From the NCBI GenBank assembly GCA_001643675.2, contig LSRY02000013.1, forward strand, positions 186,001 to 250,000: DNA of 64,000 bases, in the 5' to 3' direction. Positions 36,088 to 47,700 of this stretch are shown here, one piece after another. A program made the position numbers and the translations under genes. Below the pieces are notes generated by a model. The model was given only the letters and a program-made list of their open reading frames with translations, did no database searches and was not told the DNA's origin. The stretch comes from Monocercomonoides exilis PA203 (Eukaryota; Protista; Preaxostyla). Positions within the stretch are counted from its first letter, which is position 1, and every line of letters starts with the position of its first letter.

Positions 36088-36491
36088 GAGAAAATAACAC
36101 TTGATAATAAAGAAAGAGAAGAAGATGATGAAATAAACAAAGATGTGCCTTTTGTTGAAAATGAATTGTGAAATGAAAAGAATGAGTCCGATAAAAAATC
36201 GGAAGATGATGAATAATATAGTGCTTGCGACGGTAATAGTGCTTTGGAATATTTTCCATTAGAAAATTATAACTGTCTTTCCTTTAAATAAAAAATATAT
36301 ATATTTATATTTTTCACATTAAAAATATCACAGTCCCAAAAAAATTTTTTTGAAAATAATATTTCAGTTTTCTATTTCTAAATTAGTTTACGTTCAAAAT
36401 GTTCAACAACAAACTCATGCTATTCTTCATATTTCCAAAACATCTATTCCATAAATATCGAAAATTCACATGACCAAATTGTGTCTTTATT

Positions 36492-36849
36492 CAGAAATCG
36501 CAAAAAATACCGGACAAGATCGATTTCACAATGACAGCAAGAGGAATAATTTTGACAATTTTCCTCCAAACACATCTCATTTATACAAACTCAATTGACA
36601 AACGAGACTTTTGAAATAGCTTCATTTGTGCTCAGAAAAAAATTATTTTTAAAATCTCACAGAAACTCAAAATCCAATTTCTCCGAGATTGAAAAAATAA
36701 TTATTCTGAGCACAAATGAAGCTATTTCAAAAGTCTCGTTTGTCAATTGAGTTTGTATAAATGAGATGTGTTTGGAGGAAAATTGTCAAAATTATTCCTC
36801 TTGCTGTCATTGTGAAATCGATCTTGTCCGGTATTTTGTGCGATATCTG
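36492..36849. mobile_element. Fold-back/MITE-like element family A, copy 2 (~166-bp arms, same 26-bp spacer)
   Basis: Nearly identical to 21845-22240, with the spacer in the same orientation. Lacks one 19-bp subterminal unit in each arm. Confidence 0.85.
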
Positions 36850-37406
36850 TTCTTTCTTAACTGCTAAACTAATTGTTAAATTTTGGTTAACAAATTATTC
36901 AAGTTTGTAAAACATATTTAGGTCAACTTTTTCAAATAGAACTTTTTCACTTGTTGGCACTTTTTTTGTTTGAGGATGTCATTCAATAAAATGTTAAAAA
37001 AAGAAAATATCCCATGAAATTGCTCATTCTTTTTTGCTTTTTCATTTTCCTCAAAATCAAAACTTATTGTTCATAAAATGTTGGAATATGTAATGGATGC
37101 TGTTGAATAGATTTCTTTGATAAGTTGTTTGAAAAATGAAAAGTATGAAAAAATTATCCAAAAGAAAAAGAAAACTCATTAATCAAAAAAATATGGTGTT
37201 CACAGAATCTTTTTGAAAAACAAAATGAATTTTGTTTTCTAAACACCAAAGCAAGACTGTTAATAATGAAAAATTAAAGAAATGCAAAAACATTATCCTT
37301 TGTAATGAAGGATAATGCATTTTAATAAATACTTATTTTATAAACTGCAAATTTGTGAAGTGTTTAATAAATGCAAAAAATAGAATAAACATTGAATTCT
37401 AATTCT

Positions 37407-39255
37407 CTACATTTCTTGCTGTTTTTGATACTCCACGCCATCACTTCCAATTCGTGCAAAAAGAGCTTTGCTTTCTCTAACATTTGGATATTTCGCAACT
37501 ATTAAACAGCAAACATACTTGATTGGATCGAGTAACATGGAAGAGGGCTCCATATAAATAGGAAATATTCCTCTATACGCACTCATTGCGCGGCATTCAG
37601 AAATTATAGAAGAAACAAAAAAGATGGGAATATTTAAATGGGCAGATGCTAAATACATGAGAAAAGTTCGAAGTGATGAATAAGCAACGTTGATAACAGG
37701 AGTAGATGAAGATGGATTCGATGATGATGATGATGATGATGTACTTACTTCCTCTGCGCTATCTTTCATAAGAGTGCTTTCGTCTTTCTCATCTTTTACA
37801 GGTATCAAGCATATGCATGACACATCACTCTTCATTGCATTCCTTGCTAATTCCAATGCTGATTCTCGAACTATTCTTTCCTTTTCTGCCAATTGAAGCT
37901 TATGAGAAGATTCCTTTTCAGATTGAGCAATTGATGAATGAAATGAGCTTGATTCACAATCATTTTCGCTCGTCAATGAATACAAATTCTCTCTTATAAA
38001 TTCAATCCTTTTCTCCTTCGAAATCCTCAGCTGCGTTTCAGATTCCAGTATAATACTGCTCATCATTTTCACTGCTGCCAGCGGGTGCTCTCCTGATGCT
38101 GTCTCTCCGCTTAGCATTGTTCCGTCTGTTCCATCGCACACTGCATTGCACACATCACTGCACTCCGCTCTTGTCGGCTCGAGATTGTGTATCATTGATT
38201 CCAGCATTTGTGTGCAAACGCAAACGCAAACCCTTCTTCCTCTTGGCATCCCCTTTCCCAAGCTCCCTCCATTGCAGCAACGAGAAAGTACATGCTTCTG
38301 CAACATCGGAACACGAGCCAATCCTGCTTCAACACCCAAATCACCACGAGCATAAAGAATACCTTCACATCCAGTTTCGCTGAGAATGGCCTCCAACTCG
38401 CCAACAGACTCTGGACGCTCAACTTTCGCAAATACACCAGCATGACCGCCACACTGAGCAATCAGACGCTTTAGACGCCTCACATCCTCAGCAGAGCGTA
38501 CAAATGACAACGCAAAATAATCAATATCAAAATTTGACAAAACATATCGCACATCAGCCTCATCTTTTTCTGTTAGCGCAGGTACATCTGCTAGATCAGT
38601 CCCAGGAAGGTTGATTCCTTTTCTATTCTTTAGGATTCCTCCTTGTTCAATTGTGCAAATCAATTCGCCTTTCTTTTTCTCACTAACAACCAAACGTATG
38701 TATCCATCGTCCAAAAGTATTGGTTCACCAACTTTGCAATGAACTATCATTGGCTGAAACTTTGTTGTGATAATGCCTTGTTTTCCATTTTCAGAAGATG
38801 CGATAATTGAAACTTTTTCTCCATTTTGGAGAGAGATAAATCCTTCATCAAAATCGTTACATCTAATCTTTGGACCTTGAAGATCAATCATAACTGCAAC
38901 CTCTTTTCCAACATCCCTTGAAGCATTTCGAACATTTTTATATAAGGTAGAATGTGATTCGTAAGTTCCATGCGAAAAATTCATTCTTATAACATCAGCA
39001 CCAGCTTTTAAAATTTCTTCTACAAAATTATAAACAACAAATATAATCAATGCAAAAATGTAATTAATGGTGCAAACTAATTTCATCATATGTGCTGGTG
39101 GATGGGCCAAGCGTGGAAAATATTTTTGTGAGGCGTAGCTGGTAATCAGCTGAGCAATCAAGGCGATATGCACATGATTTATCTTTCAAAAATCCATGTT
39201 TCTCATTTGCATCTGTGTTCGTCTGGTGCAGCATTGCAGAGTTTTGTGAAATCAT
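37407..39255 (-). CDS. pyk: Pyruvate kinase, one intron near 39021-39078, divergent C domain
   Basis: RLTKIFSTLGPST..YDEIK|EILKAGADVIRMNFSHG, IDLQGPKIR, ILLDDG, KGINLPG, FALSFVR, AKVE, ARGDLGVE, TQMLESMI..PTRAE.SDV.NAV.DGTD..MLSGETASG. Confidence 0.95.
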
Positions 39256-39738
39256 AAAAAAACAAACTTGTAAATAGATAATATTGCTGCTAAAGGGTTG
39301 CTTTGATCAAAATGAAATGCACTTTATGTTTTTTTTCATATATTTTAGAATAGAATTGATATGTCATTTGGAAAAGTGATGGATATTCGGTTTGTTGGTA
39401 ATACAAATAAAAGAAGGATATCAATTTTTACATTATGAATAATGTACAACTATATTTTTTCAAATATTTTTTTCTATAATTGTTATTTTTTTAATTTCTA
39501 TCCATGGAAATGGAAAATTGATAATTATACGATGGAGAATATGTCTGGAACGAATTACAATTTATTTATAAAGAAAACATTTATTCCCAAGTGTTGATTT
39601 TCACTTTTGGAAATAATGTTTTTTCAAAATCTTTCTTCACAATCAAAAAGAAACGACACTTCATATTTTGATTTAATATTCCTGCTTTTTTGTAATTTTT
39701 GTCATTTGTTCAATAATCTGCCCATAATATATTAAAGG

Positions 39739-40290
39739 ATGGGATGCTGTTGTGGAAATCAATTCAAAAAGAAAGAATTTAACATATTAATTGTTGGCCT
39801 TGACAACGCTGGGAAAACGTCAATTGTTCAACGAATTACAGAAAATCCAGCTGCACTTCAACCCACTTTATCTACGATTGGATCTCAAGTTAAGGAATAC
39901 AAATTCCAGAAAACAAAGTTCTCACTTTGGGATGTTGGAGGGCAAGAAGAGTTGAGAAATACCTGGAAGCATTACTACGTTGGAACAAATGGCATTATAT
40001 TTGTCATTGATTCTGCGGATGACACTCGTTTTGCTGAAGCAAAAAAAGAATTTGAAAAAGTTGTCTCAAACTCTTTTGTTTCGAATTTGCCGTGCTTGTT
40101 CCTGTGCAATAAATGCGATCTTCCAGGGGCATGCAGTCCAGCTGCTTTGAAAGAAAAATTTGACTTGCAGGAATATGAGAAAAAGAATGAAGAATTATTT
40201 AGAATTGAAGGGTGCTCCGCTGTTACAGGTGAAGGGCTTAAAGATGGATTAGCATGGCTTTCAGAAAAAATGCCAAAGAAGGAAAATTGA
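39739..40290 (+). CDS. Arf-like small GTPase, intronless, N-terminal MGCCC
   Basis: GLDNAGKT, TIGSQV, WDVGGQ, FVIDSAD, NKCD, CSAVTGEGL. TIGS.V resembles ARL5 but the subfamily is uncertain. Confidence 0.93.
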   Translation: MGCCCGNQFKKKEFNILIVGLDNAGKTSIVQRITENPAALQPTLSTIGSQVKEYKFQKTKFSLWDVGGQEELRNTWKHYYVGTNGIIFVIDSADDTRFAEAKKEFEKVVSNSFVSNLPCLFLCNKCDLPGACSPAALKEKFDLQEYEKKNEELFRIEGCSAVTGEGLKDGLAWLSEKMPKKEN

Positions 40291-40898
40291 AACTTTCTAT
40301 GATCGATTTCTCTTTCATTTCATTTTCAATTAGTTTTTCGTTCAAACGAAACTTCATCTTGCAACAAAATTTCGCTTTCTCACCTTTGACACATCACTAA
40401 TTATTTGCATTTAGTTGTTATTAAAATTGTTCGATTTCAATTTTTTTTCCTTTTGATTTTTCTATCCATATTTTTTTTTATCTTGGAGAATTTCATTTTT
40501 TTCATAATAGTCTTTTTTAATTTTTAAAGAAAATGATTGAATAAATTGTAGAACGGAAGGCACGAATGTTTGCACAGTTACAATTGAATGAAATTAAAAA
40601 TTTATGAAGTGAAAAAAGAGGCAATGAAATGGATTAACATATTTATGTGAAATACAAACGAACAAAAAAATGTGAAAATAAACCACAAAAAAATCAAGGA
40701 GTAATAATTTTCAACTCCATTATGAAATAAAAATAATTATCTACTAAAAATAAAAAGAGCATGAAATGATACAAATGACCATGTTCTTCTCTCTATTTAC
40801 TCTCGACATAGCACCTACAATGAGAATGAAATAAACAAGTGTTCCTTCAAATTCTAGTTATACATATTTAACCGACGGAAATCTATTGAACACATTTA

Positions 40899-41091
40899 TC
40901 ACTCGTTGTCCTTTTTCTCCAGCTGATTCTTGAGCTCCAGCACTTTTGCCTTTCTTTTCTCTTCTTCTTTCGACCTAAAGTTTGCCAGCTCTGCGCGATA
41001 TTGCTCTTTCATCCGATTTTCTCTCTCACGTGCCTTCAAATTGGCAAGAATGTCTCTTCTCGCATACTATTCAGATATTATTCAACACAAA

Positions 41092-41134
<43 letters not shown>

Positions 41135-44100
41135 ATAGAAATACACACCTCATCTTTCTTTATAGCGTTTTTGACGCTTGTGGTGATGTTTGGGATGAGA
41201 ATGGTGATGAGTCCTTTGACCAGCAGAAACACGTTCTCAATGGCGAAGAAGATGATGATCTGTATCATCATCATCATCTCCGTCAGCGGCGTGTCCTTCA
41301 TCAGCACCAGCCATATCTCCTCTCGAAAGTGGAAGAAGATCATCCCAATGTTCGTCAGCACAGACAGCCACGACAGAATCTCCAGCACATTCATGAACGA
41401 CCCGATGTTCGCTGCAGACATCGGAATCGGCCGCTGGCAGACATAACACAGCTTGATCGCTTCGGCACGCAGGGCAAGCTGGTTTCCAATGAAAGAGATG
41501 AGCGGTGCAATTGGGAAAGCAGGGGAGAAAAGCGTGGTGTAGCCAAACTGCATTGCCAGATCTTGGTACGGCTCAAACGTTGAGTAGATCTTCATCCCCA
41601 TCTCTTGCTCGATGGACGTCGGCATCTTCGCCATCTTCTTCTCTTCTGCCGCAAGATCTGCTTTGCACCTGCGCAGCTTCTCCACCTGCTGCGGTGAGAC
41701 TAAACGGGCTGTTGGCTTCTTCGTCTTTTTGCCAGCAGCAGATGAAGAAGACGACGAAGAAGAAGAACTCTTCTTCTTCTTCCCTTTCTTCGCCTTCTTC
41801 GACTTCTCTGCGCTTTCTTTTGCCATCTGTATCTCCCTCTCCAATTGAGTAACAATTGCCTTCTTCTTTTTGTAGTTTCTCTTTTTCACCCATCTCGATG
41901 TGCTCGTCAGCAGCCACAGCGCCATCGGCAGCAGCGTCTGCGATGCCTGTGTCTTCACAAAGTAGATCGCAAACATTGTTATCAAACGTGTCCGCAGTGA
42001 TGTATAGCGCCGCCTGTTTTGGTCGTCTGAGAACGGGTTGAAGCCGAATGTGAGGAAGAACAGAGAGAAATACGTGTTCAGCAGACGGAAGAAGACAATA
42101 CGGTACACAAAGAAGTTGTCGTAGTCAGATTGAGTGCGATAGTTCTCCCACTTGTTCATAGAGACTGCCATGAACTGGTAGATGTACGAGAACAGGATGG
42201 ACACGACAGCATTCAGAATGGAAGGCACCAGCTCCAAAATGAACACCACAAACGGCACGTTTGACAGCGAGCGGAAGTATGCAAGGATGTCTGGCTCGAA
42301 GATTGTCAGAAGGAGAATGATGGCAACTGCCACCAGCAGCATCAGCGCAGACAGCGGCAGCGTCACAAAGTACTTCATCATCCGCAGGCGGGACGGATAA
42401 AACCGCTCGTTCTTGCCAGTGATGGGCGAGTGCTGGATAGTCCCTTCAAATGAAGGGCGGATCTTTTCGGACTCTTTGAAGTTGAATGTGTTCCACTCGT
42501 ATGTCTTCTTCGACTCCAGCCGCTTCCAGAACTTGGTGAACAGAGCTGACCACACACACACAATGAACGAGAAGATGGTCCCTGCAAGTGCTTCAATCTG
42601 CCCCGTCTTGTCGATCATCTGGATGACAAAGGCGACGATTCCGATGATTGCCAAGTAAAGCATCCATTTGGAGTAGAAACCAGTGAAACAGAAGAACAGT
42701 GCGATCTTCTCACCAAAATAACGTGCAATCATCTCCGTCGGCGGGAAGCGTGCCGACTTCAGCCAGTTTTTGCGGAGTGTCTTCAGAACTTCCTTCTCAT
42801 GGACAGGATACAATGCAACGATGTACTTCATCTCCAGTGCACGAGGGATGAGATAGTCGCCATACCGCAGCTTGCCCAGCTTCTCGTGCTGCATCACCTC
42901 GATGTCTGTCATAATGTCATAGACAAGCTTCTTCCGCTCAGAGGGAAAGAAGAACGAGTCCTGGTCTTCGATGCCCTGGAAGCGGTTGCGCTGATGATCC
43001 ACAAACTCGACCATGTCGCAGCCTTCGACTTCGACACACTCTGGTTTCAGCAGCTTCTTGAACCCTTTCACCTCGGCCTCAGCACACAGCGCTTCAAACG
43101 TGGCTGAGATGTACACGATCGTCTTCTTCTCATCCTTCGACAGGTGCTCCTCGAAGATAATCTCTCTCTCCTTCATCTTCTGGAAGATCAGCTCTTTCAC
43201 TTTGATCTTCTCTTCCACAGGCCTCGAAATCAGATGGCTTGCAAAGCAGCACCCGCTCGTCTCTTCGTCCTCGCTTTCTGCCTCTTCGAGGTCTGACCAG
43301 TCGCCATACACCATGTTCTGCTCCAGCTGATCAGCTACGCCTTCCTCAGCGGCAGACGCTTCATTCACAACATACTTCACTCGCTTCGGTGCTGGCTTCT
43401 TCTTCGTCTTCCGCTTCCGCCCTTTCGACATAAACTCGTCCTCCACAATATCATCGTCGTCTTCTATGCGCGCCTTCTTCCCTTTCCTCTTCTTTTTCTC
43501 TTCCTCTTTCTTGTTTTGCGGCGTTCGCTGCTTAACTAACAGCTGTTGCTCAACATGCTTTTTCTCTGTCCCATCTCCTTCAGAGTTATAACTTCCTTTT
43601 GAATTCGGCTTCTTTTTCACAGAAGATGTGGACGAAGATGTCGAGGAAGAGGAAGAACTCATTTTGTCATAATTCTCAAAAACCATAACATAATCAATAA
43701 CTTGAAGCTTTTGTCTGTGATTTTTCACAGCATTCACAAGATCCATCAACTCAAATTTTTTCCTAATTTTTCCATCACCATCAACAAAATGTGCATTTCT
43801 TTTTCGTTTTAAATGTCTTCGATATGCTCGCTGTATAGTAACTGCTGCTTTCCATCGCGCCATGTGAGTCGTAATAATTGGAACCCAATGCTTACGAGTA
43901 ACGTGCCCCTTCCAAGTTTTTTGGATAAGCGTGGCTGCTTCATCTTGCTTTTTTCTGATTGCATTTGCATTTTTCATCTGAATAAGTCAACAATTCGTAT
44001 AATCAATTCAATTCAATCAAAAACATACTATATTGTTCCAAGTCTTCGTAAGACTGTCCATCCATGAATCTCTTTCTTCGTCGTTTTTCGCTTTCATCTT

Positions 44101-44438
44101 ATGAAACGATTTGCTCACAATACATGTGATGACTCCATCTTTTGGATCTAGTATGATTTCTTTCACATCAATTAAAAGCACAGTTAATAAGGGTCGCTTA
44201 AAAAAATCATAAATATAAAAAAATTCACATTCTACTACAATGGTACGATACCTCCATTTTCTCATCTTTATAATGAACTATTCTATCATTTTTAAGAACA
44301 GTCCATTGTTTTGAACTCGAAGAAGATGCGGGTGCATAAACATTAAGCCAACCCTAATTAAAACGTTTTTACAAACGAGTAATCATACAAAATGATGTTA
44401 AATCTATCACATACTTCTTTAACGAAAATTTCAGACAT
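40899..44438 (-). CDS. Anoctamin/TMEM16-family protein with N-terminal PH domain and two IQ motifs
   Basis: Spliced 5' exons MSEIFVKE|GWLNVY...KQWTVLKNDRIVHYKDEKME|RPLLTV...KAKNDEERDSWMDSL (PH). IQKTWKGHVTRK and IQRAYRRHLKR (IQ). YFGEKIALFF, FWKR, WENYRTQSDY, QFGYTTLFSPAFP, QRP...NIG (anoctamin). Last exon ends at TGA 40899. Confidence 0.9.
41088..41136. repeat. (AAAT)n microsatellite in the last anoctamin intron
   Basis: About 12 tandem AAAT units. Other intronic microsatellites: (GAA)n ~1152-1183, (TTTTC)n/(TTCA)n ~12272-12341, (AAAT)n ~49358-49384. Confidence 0.9.
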
Positions 44439-44741
44439 AAAAGAACAAAATCGCAAATATTCACTGTCTGTGTACGCGTATTTTGCTCAATATCCGGAAA
44501 GATCAAACTTACCACATTCATATTCACATCGATTTTAATCAACATCCTATGTATAAATAACCGTATTTATTTAAAATTTAAATATAAACAGTTGTCCGAT
44601 TAAAAATTTGAGGGTTATGTGATCGTTGAAATTCAACGTTTTTGAAATTAGATTTTCAACTCTAAATAAGTATGTCTGATTTATAATATAATTATTAGTG
44701 TTTCCAATTGAAATATTTAATCTGTTTGCGAAATAGAAAAC

Positions 44742-47700
44742 ATGTCAGATTCATTATCACATCAGTTGGCACAGATTTTGTATTATTTGCGAAATGGATT
44801 ATATGGAACCGCAAATGTGTTGATTGAAGAGGTCACACGAAGTGGACAAAACGATCCAGTTCTAAATTTTTGGAAGGCTTTTGTTTTGTCACAGCAAGGC
44901 GTTTTCATTGAAGCAAACAACATGCTTATAAAATTGGCAAATTTCGAGAAAACAAGACTTGCTGCTTGCTTACTTGTTGAAGAGCTTCAATCACATGCAG
45001 AATCAAGAGGTTGTAAAAATAATATTTTATGAAAAAATTTACAGAAATTTTTTTAGGGCAAAAGCTAATGAATGATATTGAAGAAACAATTCGAACAACT
45101 GAAACAAAGTGCAATGACGAAGCATTCGCACTTGGTGGAATGCTGTGTTTCCTTCTGAATAAGCTGGATAGGGCAAAGGAATACTCAATAAAGGTGAATG
45201 AGTTTTCTTGCTTGAAGGATTTTTTCTTTCATTATTTTGTTTTTCTAGGCGAGGCAAAAGAATCCAACCTCGAAAGCTGCTACCCTTCTCGAAGGATGGT
45301 GCATTGCAAGCGAAAATAGAACAGAAGGAACGAGTCTATTTGGAGATACTCAGGAAATATTGAAACAGATGTGGGAAAGGGAGCAAAATGAAGATGCCAT
45401 GCTTTGCTTGGTGCAAATCTATATCAAAGAAAAGCTGTTTAACGAGGCAACTAACATCCTCTCACAAGCAAGCGTGAAGCTTCGGACATTCCTTCCTGTT
45501 TACATCGAGCGGATGCGCCTCTCGATGAATGTGACTGAGTGGAGCCATTCCCTCGATGAGGCACAGGAGATCTTGCGCAACGACCCCAGCTGCATCCCAG
45601 CGCTCTCCACAGTTTGCCTCTACTTCCTCACCCACGCGCCCAACGACCGCTCCACCGTCCGCTATATCAGCGAGCTCTTCAATGCATTCCAGCAGACACA
45701 TCAGCTCGCCCCACACACACTCGCCTCGATCATCCGCCCTCTGATTTCGCTCAGCCACAGCAGCCAGCCCGTCCTACAGGAGATTCTGAGCGGCTGCCAG
45801 CGCCTTCTTCCATCTTTTCAGGCCATGCTGCCAGGCGCCGGTGTGAATGTGGCAGCGTTTCTGAATGAGATGGGCAGGGCTGCGTTGTACTCGGGTGATG
45901 CGAACTGGGCGTCTTCGCTATTTTCGCAGGCGCTCGAAGCAAATGCGAGCGATGTGGATGCACTCTGCGGGACGATCTGGTGCATGATTGAGAAGGGCAA
46001 CACAGAAGACGCTGGAGACCAGCTGCAGTTCTATTTGGACACACACGACGCGTCGGAGATGGCAGCTGTTCCACTCTACTTGCATGCGAGATATCTGTGG
46101 GAAAAGGAGAAAGACAGGTGTGACATTCACGTCAATCACATAAAACATTAAAATTTATAATTGTTATTTTTGATATGAAATTGCAGAAGCAAATGCCTTC
46201 ATGTGCTCAACCAAGCGCTTGTACATCAGCTGACTCCCGTCTTCCCTCACATCTCCCACTACCGCAGCAACATCTCCGCAGCCACTTTCTCCATCTCATC
46301 TGTCCCTCCTTCTCCTCAGTTCTTTTCTTTACTCGATCCTGCTGTCCTCATTCGCATCGCCCGCACAATCCTCACCCATCTTTCCTCACAGCCCATTCCG
46401 CAGGACAACACACCACCTCCAATTCTCTCTCGCTTGGCGGCTGTGCTGAGGATGCTCACCGCACATGCACCCAGATTCCGCAACGCTCTTTTCTTACTCG
46501 GTAAAGTGTGCTATTTGTGCGGTAAGTTTGCAGAGGCACAGAAAGTGCTGCTGACGTGCTTGGAGGAAGAGGAAGTGGATTTGGATGATGTGGAAGAGAA
46601 AGACGTGAGAGGAGGGAGAGGAAGAGGAGGAAGAAGTGGAGGGAAAGGGAAAAGTGCAGGAAAACTTGGAGGGAAAGCAGGATTTGGTGGCGAAAAGATT
46701 GAGAGCGGGTTTGTTGAGGCGTCTATGCTATTAGCGCGGATCGCGATGGAGTCTGGCGACATCGACGGAGCCAAGCAGCGGATGGAAGAGGCGATGGCAC
46801 GCAACTTTGCTATCAGAGATGAGCCGTCGTATCGCATTCTGAGTGGGCAGCTGCTGTTGAGGAGTGCTCCAATCGGTGTTTCTGCCTCTTCTTCTGCGTC
46901 TGCGTCTGCTTCATCTGTTCAGTCTGCAGCTGAGGAAGGGAAACAGCTGCTTCTGTCGACACTGAACATGGCAGGGTTCAGATCGACTGGGATGGGCGGA
47001 GCACTCGAAGGGAAGACGAGGAGAGAAGGAGGAGATGTACAGGTGGAGGCATCAGACAAGGCAGTGCTTTACACAGAACTGGCGAACTTCCATGCGAGGA
47101 AAGGGGAATGGGCATGAAATTTATTTTGATATTGACATTTTTATTTAATTTATTCTTTGAATAATCCAATTTGTATTGTTTTTATTTTTTATTTAAAATG
47201 CTATTTGCTTATTTCCTCATCAAAAACACCTCATTTATCATTCAGAGTGAATGCTTCCGCTATTTGGAAGAAGCGCGAGTGGAGCTCCAATCCACCCCAG
47301 AAGAGATCACCATCACTTTGGCAACTGCTAATGCGCTTCTGATGAAAGGCGACATTTCGTCCTGCATCGGCCTCCTGCAGTCGATTCCTAAGGACAATCC
47401 TTCATACAGACAGGCACAGATGAAGCTGGCTGACGTGCTGCTCGTGCACAAGGGAGATAAGTGTGGATGAGTTTTTTCTTTCTCTTTTATTATTTATCAA
47501 ATGATTGAATTTCATTATTTGGCTGTTTCTTTAATACTTTCTTTTATTCTCCTTCCAAACAGAGAAGGATTCCTCTCTGTTCATCGCGCTCTTTCCGCCT
47601 CCTCCTCTCGAAAAGGATCGTGTGCTGCACTTGTTCAGTTAGGAGATGCCTTGCTGCGAGTGGGCGATGTGGAGAAGGCACTTGACTCGCTGATGTTGGC

